Of a stretch of 64,000 nt of DNA, positions 25,304 through 38,311 are shown one piece after another. Numbering within the stretch: the first letter of the stretch is position 1; each line of letters begins with the position of its first letter. This DNA comes from Lophium mytilinum (taxonomy: Eukaryota): the NCBI GenBank assembly GCA_010093605.1, contig MU004202.1, positions 135,560 through 199,559 on the forward strand, read 5' to 3'. The translations under genes and the position numbers were made by a program. Below the pieces are notes generated by a model. It was not told the origin of the DNA, ran no database searches, and was given only the letters and a program-made list of their open reading frames with translations.

Positions 25304-27232
25304 GATGAGCTCGGAACAAGGGGTTACCACGACTAGGAGGGCGTGTCAAGAAGCTCCACTGCTGTGTGCAGCTTGGCAGAGGTGTGTGAAGCGGGGTGTC
25401 GCGATCTTCCAAAACGCGGCCGCGCAAAAGACGCCACCCAGCAGCAACGCGGGCTGCACAGGCTGCAGCGCCTCGAGAGGTACAGATCCAAGTGGTGGTG
25501 GCTGTGGATTGGGTCGGCGGTAACGAGCGTGGAGGGGTTGCTGGGGGTCGGTGAGAGATTTGACACAACGGAGGAGGCCGTCTCGCAGCAGCTGGCGCTG
25601 GCGGTTGCTGAGGAGCGACAGCTAGACAGGCGATGTGCTTGTGGAAAAGTTCCGCTGGAAAAGCGGAAGCACGGCGTGGATCGTGGAGTACAGAATAGGG
25701 CTGGCGGTGGACCGGCGGTGGTGTTGTCGTCTAGGCCAGAGGCTCGAGTCCGCGTCGTTAAAGCGGCCGTGTCTCACGTGACCGGGACGAAGACTCCTTT
25801 GTGGCAGGTCAAGAAAAGAAGGCAAGATACGCTGCGCCAATGACACGACCACTTGTCTACAGCACTTACGGCCGGCCTCCGTGCCTTCGATGAGTACGGC
25901 TGCGCTCCAGCCCGACGAGACGCCCAATTCGCTGCCGTCGTTTCATGCCCAGGATGCGCGACACCCGCTCCAGAATCACTCCTTGGCCTCGGAAAGCTTG
26001 ACTTCTGGCGGGCTGCCCAATTCCTCTCAAGCGGCCTGTAAGGATCTGCCGCCAACGAGACCGGCAGCCTGTTTCATCTTCCAGAAGCCCTGGGTTCACG
26101 CCCGCCTGAAACAACCGTCTACTCGTGGCCCTGTTAGAGCTGCTGCGTAGCCGCTGCATAATGGTCGTGACGCTTTTCACTGTGACTCCCGCGGCCAGGA
26201 GCCAGTTGTCAGCGACATCATACGGAGCAATGTGCCGCTCGTCCAATCGCGGTGCCGGTTGCACTCGATCATTTCTGCTGACAAGCATTTCACGTTCACA
26301 TATCGAAGGAGAACTTCTCTCCTCGTCCCATAACCAACATCATCTCCAGCGTCTTCGTGTTTCAGCTTCCCCGTGGAACATAGCACTGCATCGGGGGTAA
26401 TGCAATCTCTATCCAACTGTACACACCGGAGTAGACGTCCGTCTTACATGGAGACAAATTAAACACACATAGCTCAGCCCAAGGATCTAGCAAGGTCAAG
26501 GTTTCGTACAGGGCGTCTCAACCACTTGATACCCTTGTGGGTCATGCGGCGCTAAAAGGAGGATGATCGGGCATTTACTGATCAAGATGAACTCCTCCGA
26601 AGCCGATGGCTGCTCACTGACTAGCACTGTGAGGAGTAGCCCAGCTGCATTAGAAATCAGGGCATAAGTCAGAGGAAGAAATACCTCAATTTACTCTCAA
26701 GTTCTAAGCAATGTAGAAGCTCAGTCCTTCTTCAATCTAGGCCCTCCCCCATGACCAGATCTGGAGCGTCTTCCAATTTTATGCCATAAAGCTTGACTCA
26801 GGCTGTCGTTCAGTAACATCATCCCACAGTTAATCCAGATCGCAGGAACTAACACTCATCAACATCTCAACCCACATAGCAGCATCAAGTCAGATAGCAC
26901 ACGCCGATACGAACAATCACTAGTAATATCTCCCCTGTCCCCCCACCAACATTATCTTCTACGGATATCATTGTATACCTCCTCAACCCATCAAACCAAC
27001 GCTCGCAATCCAACGCTTGCACACTCGCTCATATCCAAACACCCGCAAGTACTCCCCCCAAAGCACAAAAATGCAATGCCGGTTTGAACCCCCGGGGTTA
27101 CCATCCCAATATCCCCCGATTTCCAAACCCACCCAATGCAATTCGAGCACTACCCAGAAACCCAAAACTCCGCTTGAACGCACAGAGCAAACTCAAACGC
27201 GGCCTAATCTCGATGTACGCAACGCATCGGCC

Positions 27233-29485
27233 TCATTTTACCCCATTGACTTTCCCGTTTGCTGCATTCGCGTTTGTGTTCATGAAATGCTCCATGTAGG
27301 TGATGTAGTCGAATTTTGGCATGTCGCGGTCTTGCTGCAGGTCCGGCCCGCGGTGGGCGGGCATCGTCTTGACGAGGTCTTCGATGATTTCGTCGGGGAC
27401 GAGGGAGTGGCGGAGGTCGAGTTCTGTCACGTAGGGCTTTGCAAAACACACGTTAGTAAACACACTCAATGCCAGTATGGATCTGAAAAGAGGAGACTCA
27501 CCTTGCCATCTGCAACCTCCTTGAAGCTCTCAAACACCTGCTCCGCTGTGTGCTGATCCTCCGTCTCGTCGACCATGAACCTAATGAATTGCTCGAATGT
27601 CACGTAATCCCTCCCACCGCTGGTCTGGCTGAATTTCTCGTGCATCTCCTCTTCGTCGTACACGAGACCCAGACTAGCTAGCGCGGCCGAGAACTCAAGC
27701 TCCTGCAACGAATTGCTCAGGTCGCGGTCGAAGTGGCGGAACACGCTCTCGAACTCTTCCAGCTGGATTGGCGTGAGGTTCGTCATGTTCCGCGCGACCA
27801 TCTGATTCTCAAGGAAGGCGAGCTTCTTACTGACCGAGGAGCGCACGAGGCCCAGCTCGTACTCGAGCTCGTCGTAGGAGTAGGTAGTGAAGTCGTTCTC
27901 TTCAATGTTGGCTTCCGTGCATTGCTCGTCGAGGGCAGCTATGATGTTGAGATATTCGTCGAGAGGTTGGAGGCTTTCGCTGATCTTTTGTGTATGCCGA
28001 AGCTGGTCGTCAACGTCGCCTTCTAGCCCAGATATCGAGGCTGAGAGAGTATTGAGGGCCAGGGCAAAGTCGTTGGCTTTGTCGGCGAAAGATTTGCGGA
28101 GGGCGTTTTTGATACTGGAAGCTGTCAGTTTGTATCTAACAAAAAATGGAAGCATACATACTCTCGGATCATCTCGTTTATGAGCTGACTCCTCTGCCGC
28201 TCTGCCATCATCAAGCCAGCCCATGCAACGTCCAGCGCTTCTAGGCTTAGATCTGCAGGGGGTTCGTATGGTCGTAGTCGGTATGTGCTAAGCTTTGTCT
28301 TGATATTCCCCAGCAACCCCACCAAATCCGACTTCTCCGCCACCCATGCTCTCTTGTTTTTGCGTTTGTAGCCTGTGAACTCTACTGCGTGGTTTTTGGC
28401 ATCCACGTAGGTTCCTAGAAATTGGGTATCCTCCCACTTTTGTTGTTGCTCCGCGATCTGCCGGAGTAGCTCCCTCATGCGCTTCTCAAAAGTATTTTGC
28501 ATTTCCCAAGCACCTGCCATGCTCTGCACAAACTTCTCCACTCTCCGTCCTGCATTCTCAACCCGCTCCATCTGGGAGAAGGCGTGGAACCAGTATGCAA
28601 TGTATGTCATGAGGGATCGTTCGTCGGGTTTGTGGACATCGCACACGTCCTCGACGTCGAGAAGGTCGGGAATGCCGATTTCCTTCGAGGCAATGTCGAA
28701 AGCCATCTGCATGTTCCCGCGGTGGTCGGATTTATCCAGGCTGTCATAATCGATGAGGTCGGGCCTATGGATATCGAGAAGTGCGCAGCTGTAACAAATT
28801 AGCCATGAGCCATACTGCAAACCCGAAACAACATACAAAGCCAATCCATCATTCCAGCTCGTCGAGAAGTCCCGCACCTCGACCTCGTCATAGCACGCCG
28901 TCTTGCGCTGACACCACAGCAGCAGACCCTCTTTCGCACTCAGTCCCTCCTCATTGATATCACTGATAGTAAATCTAAGAATCAGCGTCCAAATCAACCC
29001 CAGGATAATTTTGCTGTTCCCATCCACAACGTCCTCGGCGCCGATATTCGTCATCTGGATCCCCCGCCCTTTGATGAACTCCAGACTCTTGTTGACATTC
29101 TCGAACTTCTGCACCCGCAGCTTCGGCCGCGACGCATATCTGCCCAGCGATTCATTTCCGAGGATCTCGAGGAGGTGGATGAGGACAACCTGGTAGGCTT
29201 CGGATTAGCAAGCGACCCTCGACCAAAGTGGCGGTAAACAAGCCGGGCAGCCACAGTGCGCAATTGCAGAGGGCCGGTGACACTTACGCCGTCGGAGAGG
29301 TCGTGAATCAGGTCTTGTATCTGTACATTTCGCGCCAGTATTTTGCTGTTCAGCCTGCAGGACGCTGTCAGTGGTTGCTATGCGGGCATAAACAGAGGGT
29401 GATTGCGGGGAGGGCCAGGGCACACGCACCACTTGGTGAAGGTCTTTTGCTGCACCTTAACCCATTGCTGCTCGAGAGGGGCCAT
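27233..29485 (-). CDS. ain1: Alpha-actinin-like actin cross-linker (2 CH domains, spectrin-like repeats, EF hands)
   Basis: WVKVQQKTFTKW, NIGAEDVVDGN.KIILGLIWTLILRF, AKEGLLLWCQRKT, PDERSLMTY, C-terminal EF hands. Introns at 29355-29429, 29190-29287, 28789-28836, 28115-28161 and 27437-27501. Confidence 0.93.
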
Positions 29486-29798
29486 GGTGGAGGATTTGCA
29501 TTTGGGTTGGAGTATGTATATAGCCAAGAAGCGTGTTTTGGGGATGCGTGAATGTAAAGACGGCGTTTGGCGGAGGTGGTTGCGTTGGCCGCCGCTTAGC
29601 CAATCACTGCCCAGAAGCCAGGCGGAATTTAAAAACGTCAGCCAATGTTCTTTCTTCATCGCAACCCTCCTTTATTCTCCCTCCATGCCCTCTGTATCAC
29701 GAGACTAGACCACACCAAGGATGGATAGGAGAGTTTGGTAGGCGTTCAGCAGAAAGCTACCAGTGACTAAAGGCGTGGAATGCCTCGTGCTTGCCACG

Positions 29799-31643
29799 AT
29801 GAACACCTCGCTGCCCTACCACGACCCGGGCATCGTGACCATTCTTATCCAAACTTCCTTCATATTTCTTCTCAATATCGTCAATTCCGTTCTTGATCAT
29901 ACCCTATACTGCGGCCTGTTAGGCCAAGTTCTCATTGGAATCGCCTGGGGGACTCCAGGGGCAAAATGGATACCCCTCCATGCTGAAGAGGTGATTGTAC
30001 AACTGGGCTATATCGGCTTGGTACTTCTTGTGTACGAAGGTAGATAGGTTTCGTAGATATTCTTTACATTTTTCAAGACTCCTTCTTTTCATTCATTAAC
30101 TCGTTTCCTATCAAAATCTTCAATAACACCTTTCCTGACCACCGCAGGGGGCCTCTCCACCTCCTTCAAATCCCTAAAAGCCAACTTCTTCCTCTCCATC
30201 GTCGTCGCAATCACTGGAATAACCCTCCCCATCGCCCTCTCCTTCCCCCTCCAGGGCCTCGCCGGCGCCTCTCCCCTCCAAGCCTTCGCTGCCGGCGCAG
30301 CCCTTTGTTCCACCTCCCTCGGCACCACCTTCACCATCCTCAGCACCTCCGGCCTTGCTGCCACCCGACTTGGTGTGGTCCTCTCCAGCGCCGCGATGAT
30401 GGACGACGTCGTGGGGCTGGTAATGGTCCAAGTAATCTCCAATCTCGGCGGGTCTGCCACCACCATCGCGCCCGCCACCATCATCCGCCCCATCCTCGTT
30501 TCTCTCGCCTTCGCAGCCATGGTCCCGCTCGCGTGTCGCTTTATATTAAAGCCTGCAACACTTCTCTGCAACCGGCACCGCGAGCGTCATCTAGGCGGTA
30601 TGGCTGAAAGGGTGTTCTGTCTCAGACACACGGCGTTCATCCTCCACAGCGCTGTGCTGCTAGCGCTGGTCACGGGCGCAAGCTACGCGGGGACGTCGAA
30701 CCTCTTTGCGGCGTATATTGCAGGCGCGGTGGTTAGCTGGTGGGACGATGAGCTACCGCATCCAAGCCACGGCGGTCGCACTGCGATGGCCGCAGATCCG
30801 ACACCTAGCGAGAATCAGACCACTTCCCCAGAACCCACGATGCCACCACAGCGAGCGCAGCAGAGCGACGACAGCGTACGGCCTCAGCAGGACTCGGAGC
30901 CTGAGACCGCGCAGTCGGGGAAAAGGGAGACCGAGGGGGAGAAACAGCGCCGGCGCCCCTCAACACCACGCAAGCTCACGACAGGAGCCCAGGTCTACGC
31001 GGCCTACTACCACCAGGCGGTTGCTAGGATACTGAAACCCTTCTTCTTCGCGTCAATCGGGTTTTCGATCCCGATCCGCCGCCTCTTCGCCGGCCGCATC
31101 CTATGGCGTGGGATAGTGTATACCATTCTTATGATCATCGCGAAGATGGCGTGCGGGCTCTGGCTTGTACGAATCCCATGGCCAGCGCTCATACGCAACA
31201 ACCTTCGCAGCGTCAAGCTGAAGTCTAGGCTTCCCTCACTACCGCATCTGTGGGGGAAAAGGGAGAAGTCGACGACTACTACGCCTCCACCTCCCACGCC
31301 AGTTGTGCCATCCCCCCAAAGCGCCACCTCTCTCTCAGTACCCCCAATCCCACCCAAACCCCTCTCCCTCTATCCCCCCGCCATCCTCTCCCTTGCTATG
31401 GTTGCCCGCGGCGAGATCGGCTTCCTCGTTTCTGGCCTCGCAGAGAGCAAAGGCGTCTTCTCCCCGACCTCGCTCCCTCAAGACGCCCCCACCGATATCT
31501 TCCTCATCACCACTCTCGCTATCTTTCTCTGCACGTTGATCTCACCCCTGTGCGTCGGGTTGCTGGTGCGGCGGGTGAAGAGGCTAGAAGGGAGGAGAGA
31601 TCGGGGTGCTACGAGTGTGCTGGGTGTTTGGGGGGTAGAGTGA
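29799..31643 (+). CDS. Cation/H+ antiporter (Na+/H+ exchanger, CPA2-like)
   Basis: SLPYHDP start, GLLGQVLIGIAWGTPG, LCSTSLGTTF, AAMMDDVVGLV, PFFFASIGFSIP, MVARGEIGFL; intron at 30040-30147. Confidence 0.9.
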
Positions 31644-32059
31644 GGGGTGTTTGGGGGGGGGGGGGGGCTTGTAGATAAAGACAGACATCGCAGACTAAGA
31701 AACTCGGAATTGGCAGTCCTATCACAAGGCCTACTTACATAGATAAGATACCCATCATGTACATAGTATAGATATGTACCCTAAGGGTTCACATTACCCA
31801 TCCCGTCTTCCCACCCCACACCACCCCTCTCCACCCGCCCTAACATCGCTGACGCCATCCCCAAAACCAGGCACAATCGGGACCTGACCCAGGAAAACAA
31901 GATCCGCCCAGCTCACGGTCCGCCATCTTCCTGGGCCGGTGGAGGGGGGTGGGTGGCCAGGCCAGGCTCGAGCTGCCCACATTCCCTCGAGCCCGGTCTC
32001 TGGAATCCTTCGTCATCCATCCCGAAGTCCGTAGGAAGCATACAGTACCTACCCGGCCA

Positions 32060-32103
32060 GGATCCGGGCAGGCCGATTGCGTAGGCCGATTGATCACGTG
32101 CTC
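32060..32103 (+). repeat. Left terminal inverted repeat
   Basis: GGATCCGGGCAGGCCGATTGCGTAGGCCGATTGATCACGTGCTC is the exact reverse complement of 36252-36295. Confidence 0.95.
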
Positions 32104-32199
32104 TCGTAAACAAACTTAACCGAATTTTATGATTTTTACAAAATCATTAAATTGAACTCAACACCAATTAAATACAAATAACTACTAAATTATGCAGCG

Positions 32200-35100
32200 C
32201 CCTCTCTAAACTCTATAGCCTTAATATTTTAATATATACGCTTGCCCCTAGCAAATTTAGGGGACTTAGGCCCTTTAGAAGTAGCTGGGCGCTTCCTATT
32301 TTATACCGCATTTTTTATTGTTTTTTTCGCCTTTCTATTCTATTTCTTTCTATTTAATAAGGGTTCTTCTATATAGTCCTTATCCTTATAGTTAGGCTTA
32401 TTATTATTAATACTAAGAATTATCTTATCTAGGCCCTAATTATCTATTTTATTATACCTACAGCGAATTCTATTTACATAGGTTAGATAAGGACCCCCTA
32501 TAACTATAGCATGCCTAGAAGCTAGAGGGGGGGCAGGCGTAGGTAAGATTACCTATAAAATAAAGTAAGGATCTCTATTAGAAGTACCCTGCAGTAGCGG
32601 CTCGCTATCTAGGTAGTTAAAGAATATTATATTATTAATAACTTTCTTCTCCGCCTGCCCTCCTTCCTCTTTATTATACCTTATAGAGTACTCCACCTTA
32701 TTAGAAGGCTCCACGGCCTTAGCGGCGTTATCTACTATATTCTTATTATTCTTATCTAGCTTCTAAAGCTCTATACAGTTATATTATAATAGGTTAAATT
32801 AAGGTTAGTAAGTAGCCTTATAGGCGGCCTAAGTAGCCCTTTTCTTCTTAGCCTCCTTCTCTTTACGTACTACAACGTTGGCTAAACTCTTAGCTAACTC
32901 TACGCTAGTTAAAGCCCTTTAATTTACTTTACCGTGCTTCTTTATAGGTTGTAGGTAATAAACTAATAAAGGCGGAATAGTAAACTCTATATTACTTAGT
33001 ACTAGCTGGAGTTTACCTTTCCTCTTTAAATATAAGGTAATTCGGCCCTCTAGCCCTTCTAACTTAGTAGCGACGTAGCTAATATTATTATCTAGAAGCC
33101 TATTAACTTAATTAATAAGGCGGAGGGCTATATCGCGTATTCTATTAATTCTAATAGCCTAATCTAATACTAGATTACTCTCTATTATAATGCCGTCTAT
33201 AAAATAAGGCGCCTATTCTTCCTTAGCTATTACGTTCTATGCTAGCTTCCAGCAAGGGTAAATAAGGCCTAATAGAATAGCCTTGCCTATAAGGACGCTT
33301 TAAGAGAGGAGATAGAGGTATAGAAGACTAAATTAGCGAGGATTATTACACTTATAATTAGATAGAGACTAATCTTTATCTATATATAAAGCTAATATAG
33401 CTAATAATATATCCTTAGCCTTATAGAGTAAATTAAACACCCTCTTAAGTATAAAGTGCGTGATTTTCCCGTTTAATTTAGTAAAGTAATAGCTAAAATA
33501 ATTAAGCGTAATCTTTCTTAGAAGTATAATCTTATATAAATATTTCTTAGCCACTAACTTACTAAATAGAATATTTACCTACGCCTGCAAATTTTACACG
33601 TACCCCTTAAGACTTAATTAGGGGTTTATAAAGCACTTTAAGGCGTAATTTATGCCTTTAGAATGTATAGAGCCGGCTACACTAAGATTTAGAAGCTTTC
33701 TAGCAAGGTATAAGTTAAGAAAGTTAAATAAGAAAATAAGATGCGGCTAGTAGTATAACGGGTACGCCGCCTATAATATAATATATATAGGGCGTGCACA
33801 GACTACCCTTATATATTTTTAGTTTATAGCAAGTATATAGGTAAAAACGGGTAGGCTATAGAGCCTTGCGTATAAGCTTGCGCCTGCCTATATATAAGAT
33901 TAATATAGAAGGTATACTAAGCATGCCTCTATATACTAAATCCTTATAATATACCTATCTTTAACACGCGCGGAGCATATAGATAATAAAAATAACGGAA
34001 AAATTTAAAAATATAATAAAAAAAGCTCTAAAACTTACTAGATATAGACTATTATTAAGTACTCCTCTTTAGCTATATACGTGTTCTTAAACTAGGGCTT
34101 ATTAACCTCTTAGAGCTTATCTAGAATTATTTTATAATTTTTTTTAAGGTCCTCTATAGTTAATAACTTTATATATAGCTAGAATAACTCCTTTACCTCT
34201 ATACAACGTATAGTAGTATAGCCTTTACCTTTAGTAACGCCCTTATTAATTTACTTCTTTATTACCTTTACTCCGTGCCACTAATAAAGCTAGAGAATAA
34301 CGCTAAGAAACTGCCCCTGCAGCAGCGCGGCCCTTAACCCTTTTCTAAAGTCCGCTATAATTACTTTAGGCCTATAATCTTTAGGCTAAATAGAACTCTC
34401 TATATGCTCTAATATAAAGCTCTAGAAAATAGCGTCCTTCTTCTTTTAAAGGGAGAATATAGCTAGAAAGAAGCGGTTTATATTAGATACGCCGGTAATA
34501 ATTCCAAGCTTTAATTTAGCCTAATTTATATTAAAAGTAGCGTCTATTTAGTAGTAATAATTAGTAATAAATCTCTAGCTAAAGGCCTCTATATCCTTAG
34601 TCTAGAAGACTATTTACTAGAGATTACAGGCTATATATTTACCTATGCGTAGATTAACTTTATATATATATTATAAGCGGTATTTAAAGCCTATAGTATA
34701 GAGGTAGAGCTCTAAGATAGAGAGGGCGTTCTTCTTTATACGCCGGTTAGATGGAAGAGTATACAGGTCTTAGGCTAGGTTATAGTACTTTCTTTTTAAT
34801 ATACTTAGCTCTTAGAGGTTTAATTAACGCCTGGCGGTCTTATATATTTTACCTATTCTTTATAATTTAATTGCCCTCTCTATAGCCTTATAGGCCTCCA
34901 GCTAGTAATCTTAGTAGTAAATATATATAAATAGATTTAGTATTATTCTATAAGCCTTATTATCTTCCTCTAAGTATTTTCTATAGTAATCCGGGCACGT
35001 AATTATAGAAATCTAGGCTATTTCTATGCAGCCTTTATATATTTATTTCTAACTAATACGTATACTCTATAAGTAATTAAACTTACCTATAATAGTCCCC

Positions 35101-35800
35101 TCCTTCTACTAACTACCCTTCTACTTTAATTTACTTAATTAGTAATAGTTCTAGGTTTCTAAACTATAGTATTTACACGCTATATAGATTACCTAAACTT
35201 TTAATACCTTAGTACTAGATCTAGAGTCTCTAACTACTAGAAAGCCTTTAAAAAAGGAGTAATCTATATAGCGCTTAACACCTTCCTTCTATAAGTTAAA
35301 CTTCTTACCCTTAATAGGCTCTAGGAGGTAGTAAGTAGGCATCTAATTAATTACTTTTTATATAGGGGCGATAAGATTTAGATATAACTAGACGTCCGGA
35401 ATCTAAACGCGGCGCCATAGAGGTAGTATAAGAGAGCCTAATTATAGCTATAGTTTATCTAAAGAGGGGCGTGCAGGTCCAGGAGTATAGTGTTAAGAAT
35501 TAATAAAGTTATAGTATTTTTAAGTGGGCAATAACTTAATAGATTATAGAAGTAGAGGAAACTTATTAGGGTGCCCGGGCGGACTACTTTTAGTATAAAT
35601 AGTAGGGGTAGAAGTCCTTAGAGGTATAGAACTAGAGCCCTATATACTTAGCTAATAAGAGAGGATATATAGAGGTATAAGAGGGGTTAATTTAATTAGA
35701 ATTAGCCTCTCTTTATAGCTAGGCGTGTAGCTATATAGCTGCATATAACACTAAATAATATAGGCAGGCTAAATAGAGGGCTAATTAAAATAGAAAGGCT
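32200..35800 (-). pseudogene. RIP-degraded MULE transposase (boundaries approximate)
   Basis: Minus strand reads IDATFN (34531-34547), PKVIIADF (~34347-34370), *LY*WH (= QLCQWH before C->T/G->A changes, ~34275-34292) and KCNNPR*FSLLYLY (= SWIM-like C..FGLPC.H, ~33316-33352); many TAA/TAG stops. Confidence 0.8.
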
Positions 35801-36251
35801 GTATAGAAGGCTGCATAAATAGTAAGTATAGTAATAGAACTATATAAAGTAGTAGAGGAGGCCTTTTAATTAAAGATTTATATAAAGAAAGAGGGCTTCC
35901 TTTATTATCTAATAATAGATTAGACATTATAAATATAGAGAATAGATAGAAAATAAAGATAGAAGAGAGAGAAGCTGTTTAATATTAAAATTAATAAAAT
36001 TAGTAAGGATTTCTATAATAAATACACCTACACGGGCGCGTTAAGGGCGCGGTTCCCCGCTATTAATTAACAACGCATTCTTACAGCTAACTAACTAAAA
36101 ACACGCTAGATGTAATGCGCGTACATGTAGCTATTAATTCATCGCGTTAGATTAAAGTTGCAACAATTATTAGTGGAGTTGTAATTTTTTGTATAGGGCT
36201 ATTCTAACGTGGCCGTGTTTTGATTTTATGAAGTTTATAATATAGGCGAGC

Positions 36252-36295
36252 GAGCACGTGATCAATCGGCCTACGCAATCGGCCTGCCCGGATCC
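36252..36295 (-). repeat. Right terminal inverted repeat
   Basis: GAGCACGTGATCAATCGGCCTACGCAATCGGCCTGCCCGGATCC, exact reverse complement of 32060-32103. Confidence 0.95.
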
Positions 36296-36406
36296 AAACC
36301 GGTACCTACCCACCTAGCCCCCCACAGACTCCGCACTCCTCCCGCTTGAATCCGGCATCCAGAATCTCAAAATCTAGTCCCGCAGCCACAAATCCTCCCT
36401 CTACTC

Positions 36407-36447
36407 CCGCGCTGAGCACGCCGCGCTGGAGCACCCGCGCTGAGCAT
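36407..36447. repeat. Short tandem repeat, 3 x ~14 bp CCGCGCTG(G)AGCA
   Basis: Copies start at 36407, 36421 and 36435. Confidence 0.7.
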
Positions 36448-38311
36448 TCCTTCGCCCTCGCGGATGTTGGAAAGGAATCCCGTAGCTCCTCCTCTCCTCT
36501 CTGATCCTTCACAACGGGGAGGCGGCTAACCCAGCCATCCCTACCTCACCCCCTCTAGCGCAAAGCTGTTCTAATTACTAGGTAAGCCCTACTCAGCGAG
36601 CCGCCGCTGCACCGGTAGAGCGGTAGAGGAAGGCGGTACCTGAGCTGGCCCGCTTCTGGGGGAGAATGAGATAGATTCTCTGCGCTTTTGTAGATCCCCC
36701 CCAAACTGGGGTTTGTAACCTAATTGCGGGCTAATTTGGCATATATAATCGCGCAACGAGCGAGTGGGCCGAACAAGCGTTAGGCTCTAGCTATTGAAAG
36801 ACGGGAGAAGTGGTAAGCGTTTGTCAACGTAAAAAAAAACTAGTTCTAAACAAATAAGTAATAGCCTGCCTGCTATTTCATCTCGTATGACCCTCAATAC
36901 ATCAAGCTTCCGCCCCGTAGGAAAAACGCAAGCCCGCCACCGCCCACTACAACTGCACATTTCCTGCACCTTTCGGCGGACATTGTCGGCGTACCGGGGT
37001 ACCGGGGCAGCTTGCGGGTCACGGGTGAAGGAAACTAGCGATCAAGCTGCGTTAGCGGGTGTTTGGGATACGAGGGCAGTGGGGCGTGGGATAGATTGGG
37101 CCGCGATGCTGGATGCGGGAGGTGCAGTGCCTACCTCCATACATGTACATACATGAGCGTGCAGCAGCAGCAGGAAGCAGCAGTAGTCACGGGAGGCCTT
37201 GCATGAGAGGAGTGGAGGAGTGGGAAGTGAAATGCAGGTTCCTGCTTCTGCATCTGCGGTCGTGAATGGATGAATGGAAGAGCGTTCGGGGATGTGCATA
37301 GTAGACTCGAATGCAGCGGATATACCGAGTGTTTCAATTGGCGGGTATCGACCAATGAGATGCTGTGGTTACACTACGTGAAGAATCTTTTCTGGGAGCT
37401 GCATGAAGGAGACGGGCCGAATAAGTTTGGGAGGGCGGGGGCCGCTGTGGGCGCTTTCTGCAGGTTGGGGTGTGGATGGCTGAGAGGGGAGTGAGGGGAG
37501 AGGAATCCTGCTGCTTGGGATGGGACGGGACGGGACGTTGGGAGTGAAAGGTGTTTGGTGTGGGAGGAACCATGGACGCGGATCCGTTGGTTTGGGTAAG
37601 TTTGGGTAGTGTTTGGGGCGTGACGCGGTGCTGGAATCTCGGGTTTTCGCCACTCATAGCCCACCCAATAGTACCCAGGTATGTAGCCGTGTCCGCTGGC
37701 TCGCAAAAGGACATCAGGTCAGAAAAGGTAGCTGGTGGCTTAGAGCAATATATATTGGTTCGGAGCAAATTGATAGAGAAAAGCGTCATCGACGCCCAAA
37801 ATTGGGATTGTAGTTGGCTTTCAAACCAACAGACTTCGCTGAGTTACACAACCAGCCACCACCACGTTTAAATCCAACAATCGTAGATCGGACAGACAAA
37901 TGAAACTCCAGTTTTGGTTGACCCCAGGCCCCAAAAATCCCAGTTTTCCAAATACACCAATCCTTTTTTAATAACACAGCCAGCTTTTTACCGGTTCCCC
38001 TCCGGTTCGCTTTCATAATGGTACATGACAATCCGTCAACGTCGTAAAAATATGGGTATACCCCATCTCAACCGCCATCAAGAAGACGGAGATGGGGTAG
38101 GTAGTGATGGGATATCAGCGAGAGCGAGAAAAACGCACACAACTTGTAAATGGTACAAGTACAGAACATAGGTAAACAAAGAAACAGCGCAATTCGTTCA
38201 AAAAAAAGGGAATACGGCAGGCGCAGGCTATGCGGTAAATATGAACACAGATATAGGAAATTATGGCTTGATGAACAGAGGAAAATACAGACGCCATGGT
38301 GATGCGGGCGA

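Larger units (their letters stand above)
32054..36301 (-). mobile_element. Mutator-like (MULE) DNA transposon inactivated by RIP
   Basis: Perfect 44-bp TIRs (32060-32103 / 36252-36295), 9-bp direct repeat GTACCTACC at 32045-32053 and 36302-36310, very AT/TpA-rich interior depleted of CA/TG, and relic MULE transposase motifs on the minus strand. Confidence 0.9.

Noticed and set aside
31653..31667. 15-nt poly-G run
   Set aside because: Simple homopolymer in a 3' UTR; length unreliable and uninformative.
33369..33554. 61-aa ORF inside the AT-rich block
   Set aside because: Chance stop-free remnant within the RIP-mutated transposase region.
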